DNA from: Treponema sp.
Lineage (GTDB): Bacteria > Spirochaetota > Spirochaetia > Treponematales > Treponemataceae
Length of the DNA: 64,000 nt
Assembly (NCBI GenBank): GCA_024402635.1
Contig: JAKSTJ010000007.1
Span: 7,188-71,187, forward strand
Direction: 5' to 3'
Under the pieces are notes generated by a model. The model was not told where the DNA came from. It was given only the letters and a program-made list of their open reading frames with translations, and did not search any database. The translations under genes and the position numbers were made by a program. Shown piece by piece: positions 9,308 to 16,898 of the stretch; the first letter of the stretch is position 1, and every line of letters starts with the position of its first letter.

Positions 9308-9339
9308 ATATATAGTGCAGATAACTTAAAAAAGGTTGG
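9308..9339 (-). promoter_or_regulatory. Putative ECF promoter CCAACC-N16-CACTATATAT
   Basis: Identical boxes and spacing upstream of paralog 3 (45028-45059). Confidence 0.7.
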
Positions 9340-9358
9340 CAAAAAAAATTAATTTTTT

Positions 9359-9940
9359 TTACACCGCAATCAATCCGTCTTTACTGGTAATTAAAAATAA
9401 TCGCAGACCACCAATTTGAGGTAAAGTTACAATGGCTTCCTGTTCTGCAAAAAGATTTATTACCATAATTTTATCGTACTGAACTGTAATCACATTGGCA
9501 ATAAAGTCGTCCTTTGTCATTGGATGATTAAACTTAACGGAAAATTGTCCGTCAAATTCTGAAATTATTGGTTCGTATTTTTTTTCATCAGACCGTTTAG
9601 CTTCAACTGCCACCAGTTTATTTCCACAGCAGCTGATTTCAATTTCTTTTACACTGGTAACAAGATTTCCGCAGGTTGGACAACGATAGAATTTTACCCG
9701 ATTCATATTTCCTGCAATATCCGGGCTTTTTACAATTGATCCTCGTAAAATACTTTGAATGTCAATTTCCAGCACTTTTGAAAGCTGAGATAAAAGTGTA
9801 ATATCTGGACAACCGTGACCAGTTTCCCATTTACACACAGCCTTGTCTGTAACTGAAATTGCTTCTGCCAGCTGTTTCTGGGTCAGACCTTTTTTTATTC
9901 GTGCAGCTTTAATTATTGCTCCAGTTTTTTCCGGATTCAC
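9359..9940 (-). CDS. XRE-HTH regulator fused to a desulfoferrodoxin-like domain (copy A)
   Basis: HTH_3 followed by FYRCPTCGN...SCCG and HPM motifs. Confidence 0.85.
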   Translation of the reverse strand: MNPEKTGAIIKAARIKKGLTQKQLAEAISVTDKAVCKWETGHGCPDITLLSQLSKVLEIDIQSILRGSIVKSPDIAGNMNRVKFYRCPTCGNLVTSVKEIEISCCGNKLVAVEAKRSDEKKYEPIISEFDGQFSVKFNHPMTKDDFIANVITVQYDKIMVINLFAEQEAIVTLPQIGGLRLFLITSKDGLIAV

Positions 9941-10269
9941 GAGTTTACTCCTTTTATGTATTCTTCTTTTGGAATCATAAGACTCTGAAGTTCTGTAATT
10001 GTTTCTGTCTTCAAAGCAAAAGACTTACCATATTCTTCCCCAGCCCGTTCAAAACTTTCCCGCTTTGGTTTTGTTACAGGTTCGGCTTCTGGAATATTCA
10101 AAAGTGGAGTTTCTGGAACAAACACCTGAGTCAGATTTCCAAAGGCAAGTTCACATTGTCTCTGCACCGCTTCGAAATTGTGCTCATAATTTGGAAATCC
10201 GCAGCCACAGATTACCATTGCATGAATCTTAGAAAAATCTACAGTCGAAAGATGACGGGTTCCGTCCCC
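9937..10269 (-). pseudogene. 5'-truncated copy of the flavodoxin/NADPH-dependent FMN reductase gene
   Basis: Near-identical to the 3' half of 12478..13152; the N-terminal half is absent. Confidence 0.85.
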
Positions 10270-10421
10270 ATTTTTTGCTGAAAGTAAAGTCTCCAATTTT
10301 TTTCTTTAAAAATTTGGGTAGTGTACACTACCCAAAGGAATTGAAAAATTCCTTTGGGCGAAGTCTTGTTTCACTCGACTTCGCCCAAATTAACGAATAA
10401 AAATTATTGGAGGATTTGTTT

Positions 10422-10616
10422 ATGGATAAAGAAATGAAGGATTTGTACAACTCTATGTCACCAGAAGAGAAGCAAAAGTATCAAAGAGAAATGCAAAAGC
10501 AATTTAATGAAACTGGAAAACAGGTTGGAAATGCATTAAAAAATGAAGTTCACAAAAGTGGTATTGTTGGGACAATTTTTAAGGCAGCTTTAGCAATTCT
10601 TCTTAGTGGAAAATAA
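10422..10616 (+). CDS. Small hypothetical protein
   Basis: GGAGG RBS before ATG at 10422; first gene of the inserted cassette. Confidence 0.7.
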   Translation: MDKEMKDLYNSMSPEEKQKYQREMQKQFNETGKQVGNALKNEVHKSGIVGTIFKAALAILLSGK

Positions 10617-10625
10617 GAGGTTAAT

Positions 10626-10949
10626 ATGGGTATTAAAGAACTTCTTTTTGGTGGTTATCAAGACACAGTTAATGACGTAGTTGGGAATAGTTATAGAAAT
10701 GAATATTTTAAAAGATATTCACCGCCATATGTATGTAAAATGTGTGGAAAAACATTTCCCGAAGCAACAAGAGATTGCACAGTTGACCATATTATTCCTC
10801 AGCATTTAGGTGGAACAAATGCAATGACTAATCTGCAAATTCTTTGTCAAAGTTGCAATTCAAAAAAGAATGCAACGTTATCAATGCTAACGGTGAAATA
10901 TTCTGGAGATGCTTTGATACGAGAAATTAAAAGGATGTTTCAAAAATAA
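10626..10949 (+). CDS. HNH endonuclease
   Basis: CKMCG...TVDHIIPQHLGG...NLQILCQSCNSKK. Confidence 0.88.
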   Translation: MGIKELLFGGYQDTVNDVVGNSYRNEYFKRYSPPYVCKMCGKTFPEATRDCTVDHIIPQHLGGTNAMTNLQILCQSCNSKKNATLSMLTVKYSGDALIREIKRMFQK

Positions 10950-10950
10950 T

Positions 10951-11127
10951 ATGGCATTGATAATTGTTTCCATTGTAATTTTCCTATTATCGATTGTTTT
11001 ACTTAAGAAAAAATGTTTTGGGATTTTATTTATTTTAATTGGAGTACTTTTGTTCCAAATTAATTTCTTTCTATGCTTAATTGCTGCAATAATAGGGTTA
11101 ATCCTTCTTGTAATAGTACCGAGGTAG
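10951..11127 (+). CDS. Small hydrophobic membrane protein (58 aa)
   Basis: Below the ORF-track cutoff: MALIIVSIVIFLLSIVLLKKKCFGILFILIGVLLFQINFFLCLIAAIIGLILLVIVPR; abuts both neighbouring genes. Confidence 0.6.
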   Translation: MALIIVSIVIFLLSIVLLKKKCFGILFILIGVLLFQINFFLCLIAAIIGLILLVIVPR

Positions 11128-11129
11128 TT

Positions 11130-11762
11130 ATGGATATTGTTTATGAAAATTTTCTGAATAGTTTTCATCGAGAAAAACAAGGAGTAGATAATGAAATTGT
11201 AAAATTCTCTGATTTTTTTAAAATCGAAGGAGAATTTTTTTCAGAAATCAATAAGAAAGATATATCTATTACAAAATTGAATGATGGGAAATTTTTTGTT
11301 TCAAATTGCAAAGATAAAGGTTTTTTTGTTGAGAAGAACTCAAATATTGATAAGGTTATTGATGTTTCAATTGATTACAAAAAACTTCAAAAAAATATTG
11401 GAAAAATAACTGATATATATGGATTTACAAACAGATATTTTGAAAATATTTTTGAACTATTTTCAAATGACAGTGATTCAAAAGGTTTAGGAGAATTTAC
11501 ATCTGAATTTCTTGCTCGCTCTCATAATAAACCAATAATTGGAAAAATTGATATAGAAAATTTTTACACTATTGGATATGAAGGAAACGGAAATAGAATT
11601 CTCTTGGATAAAGATAATCAAATCTATATTTATGCTCATGATTTAGCAACACGGTATTATCAGAAAATAGACAATATACCGCAAAATACAATTCTGATTA
11701 TTCCAAATTTGCTGACGTTAAATGATTTTGTAAGCAGCTTTTTTACTGAATTTTTAAATTAA
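11130..11762 (+). CDS. Hypothetical protein with SMI1/KNR4 (SUKH)-like C-terminus
   Basis: FYTIGYEGNGNRILLDKDNQIYIYAHD resembles the SUKH core; GAGG RBS before ATG at 11130. Confidence 0.5.
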   Translation: MDIVYENFLNSFHREKQGVDNEIVKFSDFFKIEGEFFSEINKKDISITKLNDGKFFVSNCKDKGFFVEKNSNIDKVIDVSIDYKKLQKNIGKITDIYGFTNRYFENIFELFSNDSDSKGLGEFTSEFLARSHNKPIIGKIDIENFYTIGYEGNGNRILLDKDNQIYIYAHDLATRYYQKIDNIPQNTILIIPNLLTLNDFVSSFFTEFLN

Positions 11763-11766
11763 TAAA

Positions 11767-11812
11767 AAAGTGAACATCTAAAAATTGTTTACAACTTTTA
11801 GATGTTCACTTT
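11767..11812. terminator. Long inverted repeat, probable bidirectional terminator
   Basis: AAAGTGAACATCTAAAA...TTTTAGATGTTCACTTT between convergent genes. Confidence 0.6.
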
Positions 11813-11896
11813 ACATACTTTACTTTATTATTTTTTTCCTTTCAGTTTGCCAGTGATTTCTGACAGAGGGGTCTATCCCCATTGTTCCATAAATTT

Positions 11897-12481
11897 TTAC
11901 TGCACTGCAATTAATCCATCTTTGCTGGTAATAAGATAAATCCTTAAGCCACCAATTTGAGGCAGAGTTACAATTGCTTCCTGCTCTGCAAAAAGATTTA
12001 TTACAAGAATTTTGTCATACTGAACGGCAATCACATTGGCAATGTAATCATCTTTAGTCATTGGGTGTTCGAACTTCACGGAAAATTGTCCGTCAAATTC
12101 TGAAATTATTGGTTCGTATTTTTTTTCATCAGACCGTTTAGCTTCAACTGCCACCAGTTTATTTCCACAGCAGCTGATTTCAATTTCTTTTACACTGGTA
12201 ACAAGATTTCCGCAGGTTGGACAACGATAGAATTTTACCCGATTCATATTTCCTGCAATATCCGGGCTTTTTACAATTGATCCTCGTAAAATACTTTGAA
12301 TGTCAATTTCCAGCACTTTTGAAAGCTGAGATAAAAGTGTAATATCTGGACAACCGTGACCAGTTTCCCATTTACACACAGCCTTGTCTGTAACTGAAAT
12401 TGCTTCTGCCAGCTGTTTCTGGGTCAGACCTTTTTTTATTCGTGCAGCTTTAATTATTGCTCCAGTTTTTTCCGGATTCAC
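11897..12481 (-). CDS. XRE-HTH regulator fused to a desulfoferrodoxin-like domain (copy B)
   Basis: Same as copy A except for several C-terminal substitutions. Confidence 0.85.
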   Translation of the reverse strand: MNPEKTGAIIKAARIKKGLTQKQLAEAISVTDKAVCKWETGHGCPDITLLSQLSKVLEIDIQSILRGSIVKSPDIAGNMNRVKFYRCPTCGNLVTSVKEIEISCCGNKLVAVEAKRSDEKKYEPIISEFDGQFSVKFEHPMTKDDYIANVIAVQYDKILVINLFAEQEAIVTLPQIGGLRIYLITSKDGLIAVQ

Positions 12482-13152
12482 GAGTTTACTCCTTTTATGT
12501 ATTCTTCTTTTGGAATCATAAGACTCTGAAGTTCTGTAATTGTTTCTGTCTTCAAAGCAAAAGACTTACCATATTCTTCCCCAGCCCGTTCAAAACTTTC
12601 CCGCTTTGGTTTTGTTACAGGTTCGGCTTCTGGAATATTCAAAAGTGGAGTTTCTGGAACAAACACCTGAGTCAGATTTCCAAAGGCAAGTTCACATTGT
12701 CTCTGCACCGCTTCGAAATTGTGCTCATAATTTGGAAATCCGCAGCCACAGATTACCAGTGCATGAATCTTAGAAAAATCTACAGTTGAAAGATGACGGG
12801 TTCCGTCCCCTGTATCTTCCATTTTCTTCTGAATCAGCGGAATAGTTCTGTCCAGCACTGCCTTAAGATGACTTGGCATTCCGTAACAATACAAAGGAAA
12901 ACTCCAGATTATCAAATCAGCCTTAGGATAAAGATCCAGAATTTCGTTCTGATCATCCTTAATAACGCACTGTCCGTTCTGAATCTGCCAGCACCCAAAG
13001 CATCCACGGCAAGAAGCAATATTTTTTTTGATAACATCAATAATTTTTATATTGTGATTTCCAGTTTTTTCTATTCCTTTCAAAAAAGCCCGGGTTAAAA
13101 CCATTGTGTCACTTTTTTCTTTTGGGCTTCCGTTTAATACAAGAATATTCAT
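12478..13152 (-). CDS. Flavodoxin family / NADPH-dependent FMN reductase (iron-sulfur flavoprotein-like)
   Basis: MNILVLNGSPK, CRGCFGCW...C, SFPLYCYGMPSHLKA; GGAGG RBS. Confidence 0.88.
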   Translation of the reverse strand: MNILVLNGSPKEKSDTMVLTRAFLKGIEKTGNHNIKIIDVIKKNIASCRGCFGCWQIQNGQCVIKDDQNEILDLYPKADLIIWSFPLYCYGMPSHLKAVLDRTIPLIQKKMEDTGDGTRHLSTVDFSKIHALVICGCGFPNYEHNFEAVQRQCELAFGNLTQVFVPETPLLNIPEAEPVTKPKRESFERAGEEYGKSFALKTETITELQSLMIPKEEYIKGVNS

Positions 13153-13228
13153 TTTTTCCTCCGATATTCCACCTGCGCGCACTGGGAACTATTTATAAGG
13201 AAATTGTAATAAGGATGAGATGATTAGT

Positions 13229-13249
13229 AAATCTACGGGGAGTAGATTT
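13229..13249. promoter_or_regulatory. Palindromic operator AAATCTAC-N5-GTAGATTT
   Basis: Perfect 8-bp inverted repeat next to a TTGATT -35-like box, upstream of the flavoprotein/XRE operon. Confidence 0.55.
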
Positions 13250-13281
13250 TAAAAAATCAAGAGGAAGTTCTCCTGCATTTG

Positions 13282-15015
13282 TTAGCCCTGCAATTGGTAT
13301 TCAGAATCAAACTTCGCCCCAGGACAAATAACCATTGCAGGAACCCATTCACCGCCAATTTTGTAGCAGGATTTATAATATCCATTCCAGCAGGCGGTAT
13401 AGACCAGACTCATTACAAATGCATCGGCACAAAGCTGGTATTTTAAAGATTCTGGAACCATTTCTTTAAGATGTTTTGGTGGTTCTACAGGATTTACCAG
13501 AAGTTCTTCCAGTTCAGAGTGAAAAGTTTCGGCAAAATCTAAAATGCCATTGTGAATTATGGTTTCAAAAAGTTCTTTAGATTCTTCATCTTCCAAAACT
13601 GGCAGATTTAATACAATTAGTTTAGAATTTTCATCATCTGGATTTTCCGGATCGGGAACTTTTCCAATAAAATTGTATTTTTGGTAGCGTTCAATCACTT
13701 CCAGATCAAAAAATTGAGGAGCAATCAATGGAATATCAACCTCTTCCTCTTTATATAAAGCATAAGCAACCTTCAAAAACTGAGTTCCGCTTAAAGGGAA
13801 AAATTGACTCCAAGTAAAACCTGCAACCACATCGTAAGCCATAAACTGCAAATCTTTTAAGCCTTTGTAAAACCCGGTAGAAACTACATGACAACCATTC
13901 AATTTGCAAAGATCATGGCCTTTTACATAATCCCAATCAGGTTCGTATTCCAAAGGCTGAGCAAATCCGTAAGCATAACCCTGCCAGCCGCTTTTATGTT
14001 TTATGGACATTACATCAGGTTTTTCAAATTTCTTAGCCTTAACTTCCCGAGTAGCTTCCTGAATCATGTAAATTGCACAGAACTGAATCAAACTTGCCTG
14101 CTGACGTTCATTCATCTTTTTGTAATAATCTTTCTGACGAATCTGCTCCAGATATTCTTCCATTTTTGGCCACATTTTTGCTGCATATTTTTCTGCTACA
14201 GCTTTGTCGTTATCATAAGCTTTGAATTTTTCTTCCTGACTGAAAATCAGAAAAGTTGTATAAACCTTATCTCCAACGCGAGCCATAAAATCGTAGGAAA
14301 TAAGTTCTTCTACAATAGGCTCAACATAAGCTGCAGCAATTCCAATGGCTTTTGACAGTTCTGTGATAGTAACAGGTTTTTTGTATGCTAAAATCAAAAT
14401 GTTCTGCTGAATTCTACGGGTCCAGTCATTTGTATAAAAGGCACTGCAACGTTCTTCCAATTCACCATAAACCCATATATTAAGACTTTCCGGTTCGTAA
14501 CTTTGTTTTTCGAATTTTTCCATTTCAATCTTCTCCATTTCAGTTTTTACATTTTGACGAGCGGTGTTCATTCGGGATTTTACAGTGTTCACATTCAGTC
14601 CCAGTTCACTTGCAATCTGATTCACATTTTTACCATGGATAAAATGCTTTACCAGAACTTCCCTGTAATTTTTGGAAAGAATTGCAATGCAGTTTCGGAT
14701 ATTTTCTTCATCTTCCTTTCTGATGATTTTATCCAAGGTAGATTCTTCTTTACTGGCAAAATCGAATTTTGGAATTACACCGTAACTGATGGTAGGCTTT
14801 GCATATTTTGAACGAAGACCGTCATTAAACTTGTGATTCAACACTCCGGAAAGATAGGCCTTAGGATTTTCAATTTCCCGCCCATCTTCCAAAGCTGCAT
14901 AAGTTGAAATTAAAGTTTCCGAAACCAGATCTTCAGCCTGCTCAAAATTCCCGCATTTTTTTAGGGCAAGATGTAAGAGAAAATCTGCATATTCGGTCAG
15001 CTGTTTTTTTGTCAT
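13282..15015 (-). CDS. ECF sigma-70 factor with long C-terminal extension, paralog 2
   Basis: QAEDLVSET, NPKAYL, QIASELGLNVNTVKSRMNTAR, second HTH (PVTITELSKAIGIAAAYVEPIVEELISYDFM). Confidence 0.85.
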   Translation of the reverse strand: MTKKQLTEYADFLLHLALKKCGNFEQAEDLVSETLISTYAALEDGREIENPKAYLSGVLNHKFNDGLRSKYAKPTISYGVIPKFDFASKEESTLDKIIRKEDEENIRNCIAILSKNYREVLVKHFIHGKNVNQIASELGLNVNTVKSRMNTARQNVKTEMEKIEMEKFEKQSYEPESLNIWVYGELEERCSAFYTNDWTRRIQQNILILAYKKPVTITELSKAIGIAAAYVEPIVEELISYDFMARVGDKVYTTFLIFSQEEKFKAYDNDKAVAEKYAAKMWPKMEEYLEQIRQKDYYKKMNERQQASLIQFCAIYMIQEATREVKAKKFEKPDVMSIKHKSGWQGYAYGFAQPLEYEPDWDYVKGHDLCKLNGCHVVSTGFYKGLKDLQFMAYDVVAGFTWSQFFPLSGTQFLKVAYALYKEEEVDIPLIAPQFFDLEVIERYQKYNFIGKVPDPENPDDENSKLIVLNLPVLEDEESKELFETIIHNGILDFAETFHSELEELLVNPVEPPKHLKEMVPESLKYQLCADAFVMSLVYTACWNGYYKSCYKIGGEWVPAMVICPGAKFDSEYQLQG

Positions 15016-15105
15016 ATCTTTATTCTACCATACAAGTGAAATTCTGAAACATATTCAGAAAGACATCATGTAAACAATGGGGACAGTCCCTGTTTGCTCG
15101 TTTTA

Positions 15106-15137
15106 ATATATGTCGGAGAATTGCAGATTTGGGTCGG
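15106..15137 (-). promoter_or_regulatory. Putative ECF promoter CCGACC-N16-CGACATATAT
   Basis: Variant of the motif upstream of paralogs 1 and 3, with the same 16-nt spacer. Confidence 0.6.
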
Positions 15138-15163
15138 TGAATTTTGCAATTTTCTTACAAATT

Positions 15164-15598
15164 TTACACCGAATACCAGCCGTGAATTGTGCTTTCAACA
15201 AAATCTTCCGGTCCGCTGATAATTGCCCGCATCTTTCCATTATTATATTCCATTTTATAGGTAGCAGATGAGCAATTATTCATAGCAGCACAAAAATAAT
15301 CGTTAAAGTCTTTCATTTCTTCTGGTTTAAGATTCAAATCTAAAATACTGCAAATCTGATTTTCGGATTTTTCTGATTCTGCCATAAAATCATAAACCAC
15401 ATGATTGTTTTTAGTCTTTATTCCAGGCTGAACATTAGGATCCGAAATAAAAGCTTCAAATTCTTCTGGAGTAAATTGCCAGATTCCATCAATTTTTTCG
15501 CCGCACAACTGACCCGAAAGAATATAATTTCTTAAGCTTCGAGTTGTAAATCCAGTCATCTGTGAAAGTTCGTTTATTGTGTAGAATTCTTTTTCCAT
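15164..15598 (-). CDS. MerR-like helix-turn-helix DNA-binding protein
   Basis: FYTINELSQMTGFTTRSLRNYI...G.L.GEKIDGIWQF; start moved to MEKEF (AAGGA RBS). Confidence 0.75.
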   Translation of the reverse strand: MEKEFYTINELSQMTGFTTRSLRNYILSGQLCGEKIDGIWQFTPEEFEAFISDPNVQPGIKTKNNHVVYDFMAESEKSENQICSILDLNLKPEEMKDFNDYFCAAMNNCSSATYKMEYNNGKMRAIISGPEDFVESTIHGWYSV

Positions 15599-15906
15599 AG
15601 TAATTCCTTGTTTCATTAAGTTTTTTTGATTTCGAAATCCTGATTTAAGAATAAATTGATTAATGAACAAAATCAATTTGAAAAAAGACGAGTTTTTCAT
15701 AGTGATGATTCAAATCACTTTTGTTGACTTACTTCTGATTATCTTATTAAACTCTAGATGAACTTAAAAATGAAAAAGATTTTATTTATGTCTGGTTTTG
15801 AAAAAAGCTCATGATTTATTCCTATACTTCAAAATCAATCTAATTTATTTTACATTGCTAGTATATTTTATTTGACTTAACAATTCTTCCTTGTTATATT
15901 AGAAAC

Positions 15907-16464
15907 ATGAAAGAAACCTTAAAAGCTCTTCGTGAACAGTTCAATTATTCTCAGAATTCGGTTGCAAAATTTCTTGGCATTTCCCGTCAGATGTATATCA
16001 AATACGAAAATGGGGAAGCTGATCCTCCTGTAAAAATTATTGTTGCCCTTAGCGGGTTATACAAAGTTCCTTATGACTTTTTGATTGATAATAAAATTAC
16101 CCGGCAAGTTTCTGAAAATAATCATAGAAATGTAACATACAAATATCCTGAAGAAACTACCCTTGCAGTAGCAGATTCCAAGGCTGTTTATTGTGTGGAA
16201 GATTCTTATTCTGCTTCAATAATCAGTATGTTTTCAAAACTTACATTTATGAAACAACTTGACGTTTTTTCCGAACTTGCGGGAATTATTCAAAAATCAA
16301 GTAAAGAAGAAGCTTACACAAGATTAGAAACTAAAAAAGAAAAAAGTTCGCTGGAGAAATTCTTTGAAATTACTGAAAAACAGGCTGGAAATTCAGGTGG
16401 ATGGAAATGGAATAGGGAGGAATTATATGACAGAGAAATTTGTAAACACAGAGACGAAAGATAA
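15907..16464 (+). CDS. XRE-HTH antitoxin
   Basis: HTH_3 N-terminus; C-terminal WKWNREELYDR tail typical of PIN-toxin antitoxins; overlaps the PIN gene. Confidence 0.8.
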   Translation: MKETLKALREQFNYSQNSVAKFLGISRQMYIKYENGEADPPVKIIVALSGLYKVPYDFLIDNKITRQVSENNHRNVTYKYPEETTLAVADSKAVYCVEDSYSASIISMFSKLTFMKQLDVFSELAGIIQKSSKEEAYTRLETKKEKSSLEKFFEITEKQAGNSGGWKWNREELYDREICKHRDER

Positions 16465-16873
16465 AGTGTTTTTTGATTCAAACATTTTTGTTTATACAAT
16501 GGACAATAATGATCCGCAAAAAAAAGAGATTGCAAGTAATTTAATTAAAGAATATGAAAATTCAGATAAAGTAGTAATTTCAACTCAAAATTTGCAGGAA
16601 TTTTACAGTGCTTCTACAAAAAAATTACGTATTGAAAAAAATGTTGTTAAATCTGCAATTGATTATTTATCGAAATCTTTTCCTGTAGTTCAGGTTTCCA
16701 TTCCAATTATCTTAAAAGCAATTGATATTCAAATAAAATATCAACTGGGCTTTTACGATTCGTTAATTCTTTCAACGGCAAGTTACGAAAACTGTGTTGT
16801 CTGTTATTCAGAAGATTTAACTGATGGTCAGATTGTGGATGGTGTAAAAGTAATAAATCCTTTTTGTGCGTAA
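16427..16873 (+). CDS. vapC: PIN-domain (VapC-like) toxin
   Basis: VFFDSNIFVY, ISTQNLQEF, FYDSLI, YSEDL; GGGAGG RBS before 16427. Confidence 0.88.
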   Translation: MTEKFVNTETKDKVFFDSNIFVYTMDNNDPQKKEIASNLIKEYENSDKVVISTQNLQEFYSASTKKLRIEKNVVKSAIDYLSKSFPVVQVSIPIILKAIDIQIKYQLGFYDSLILSTASYENCVVCYSEDLTDGQIVDGVKVINPFCA

Positions 16874-16898
16874 GATTTTCAAAAGGAAAGTTTCAATC

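Larger units (their letters stand above)
9359..12810. repeat. Direct duplication of about 910 bp (9359-10269 vs 11897-12810), offset 2,541 bp
   Basis: No difference found by eye over 9537-10217 vs 12078-12758; diverged 3' ends; homology stops at GTCCCC. Confidence 0.9.

Noticed and set aside
10311-10391. tRNA or tRNA remnant
   Set aside because: Cloverleaf-like, but no D or T-loop consensus, no 7-nt anticodon loop and no CCA.
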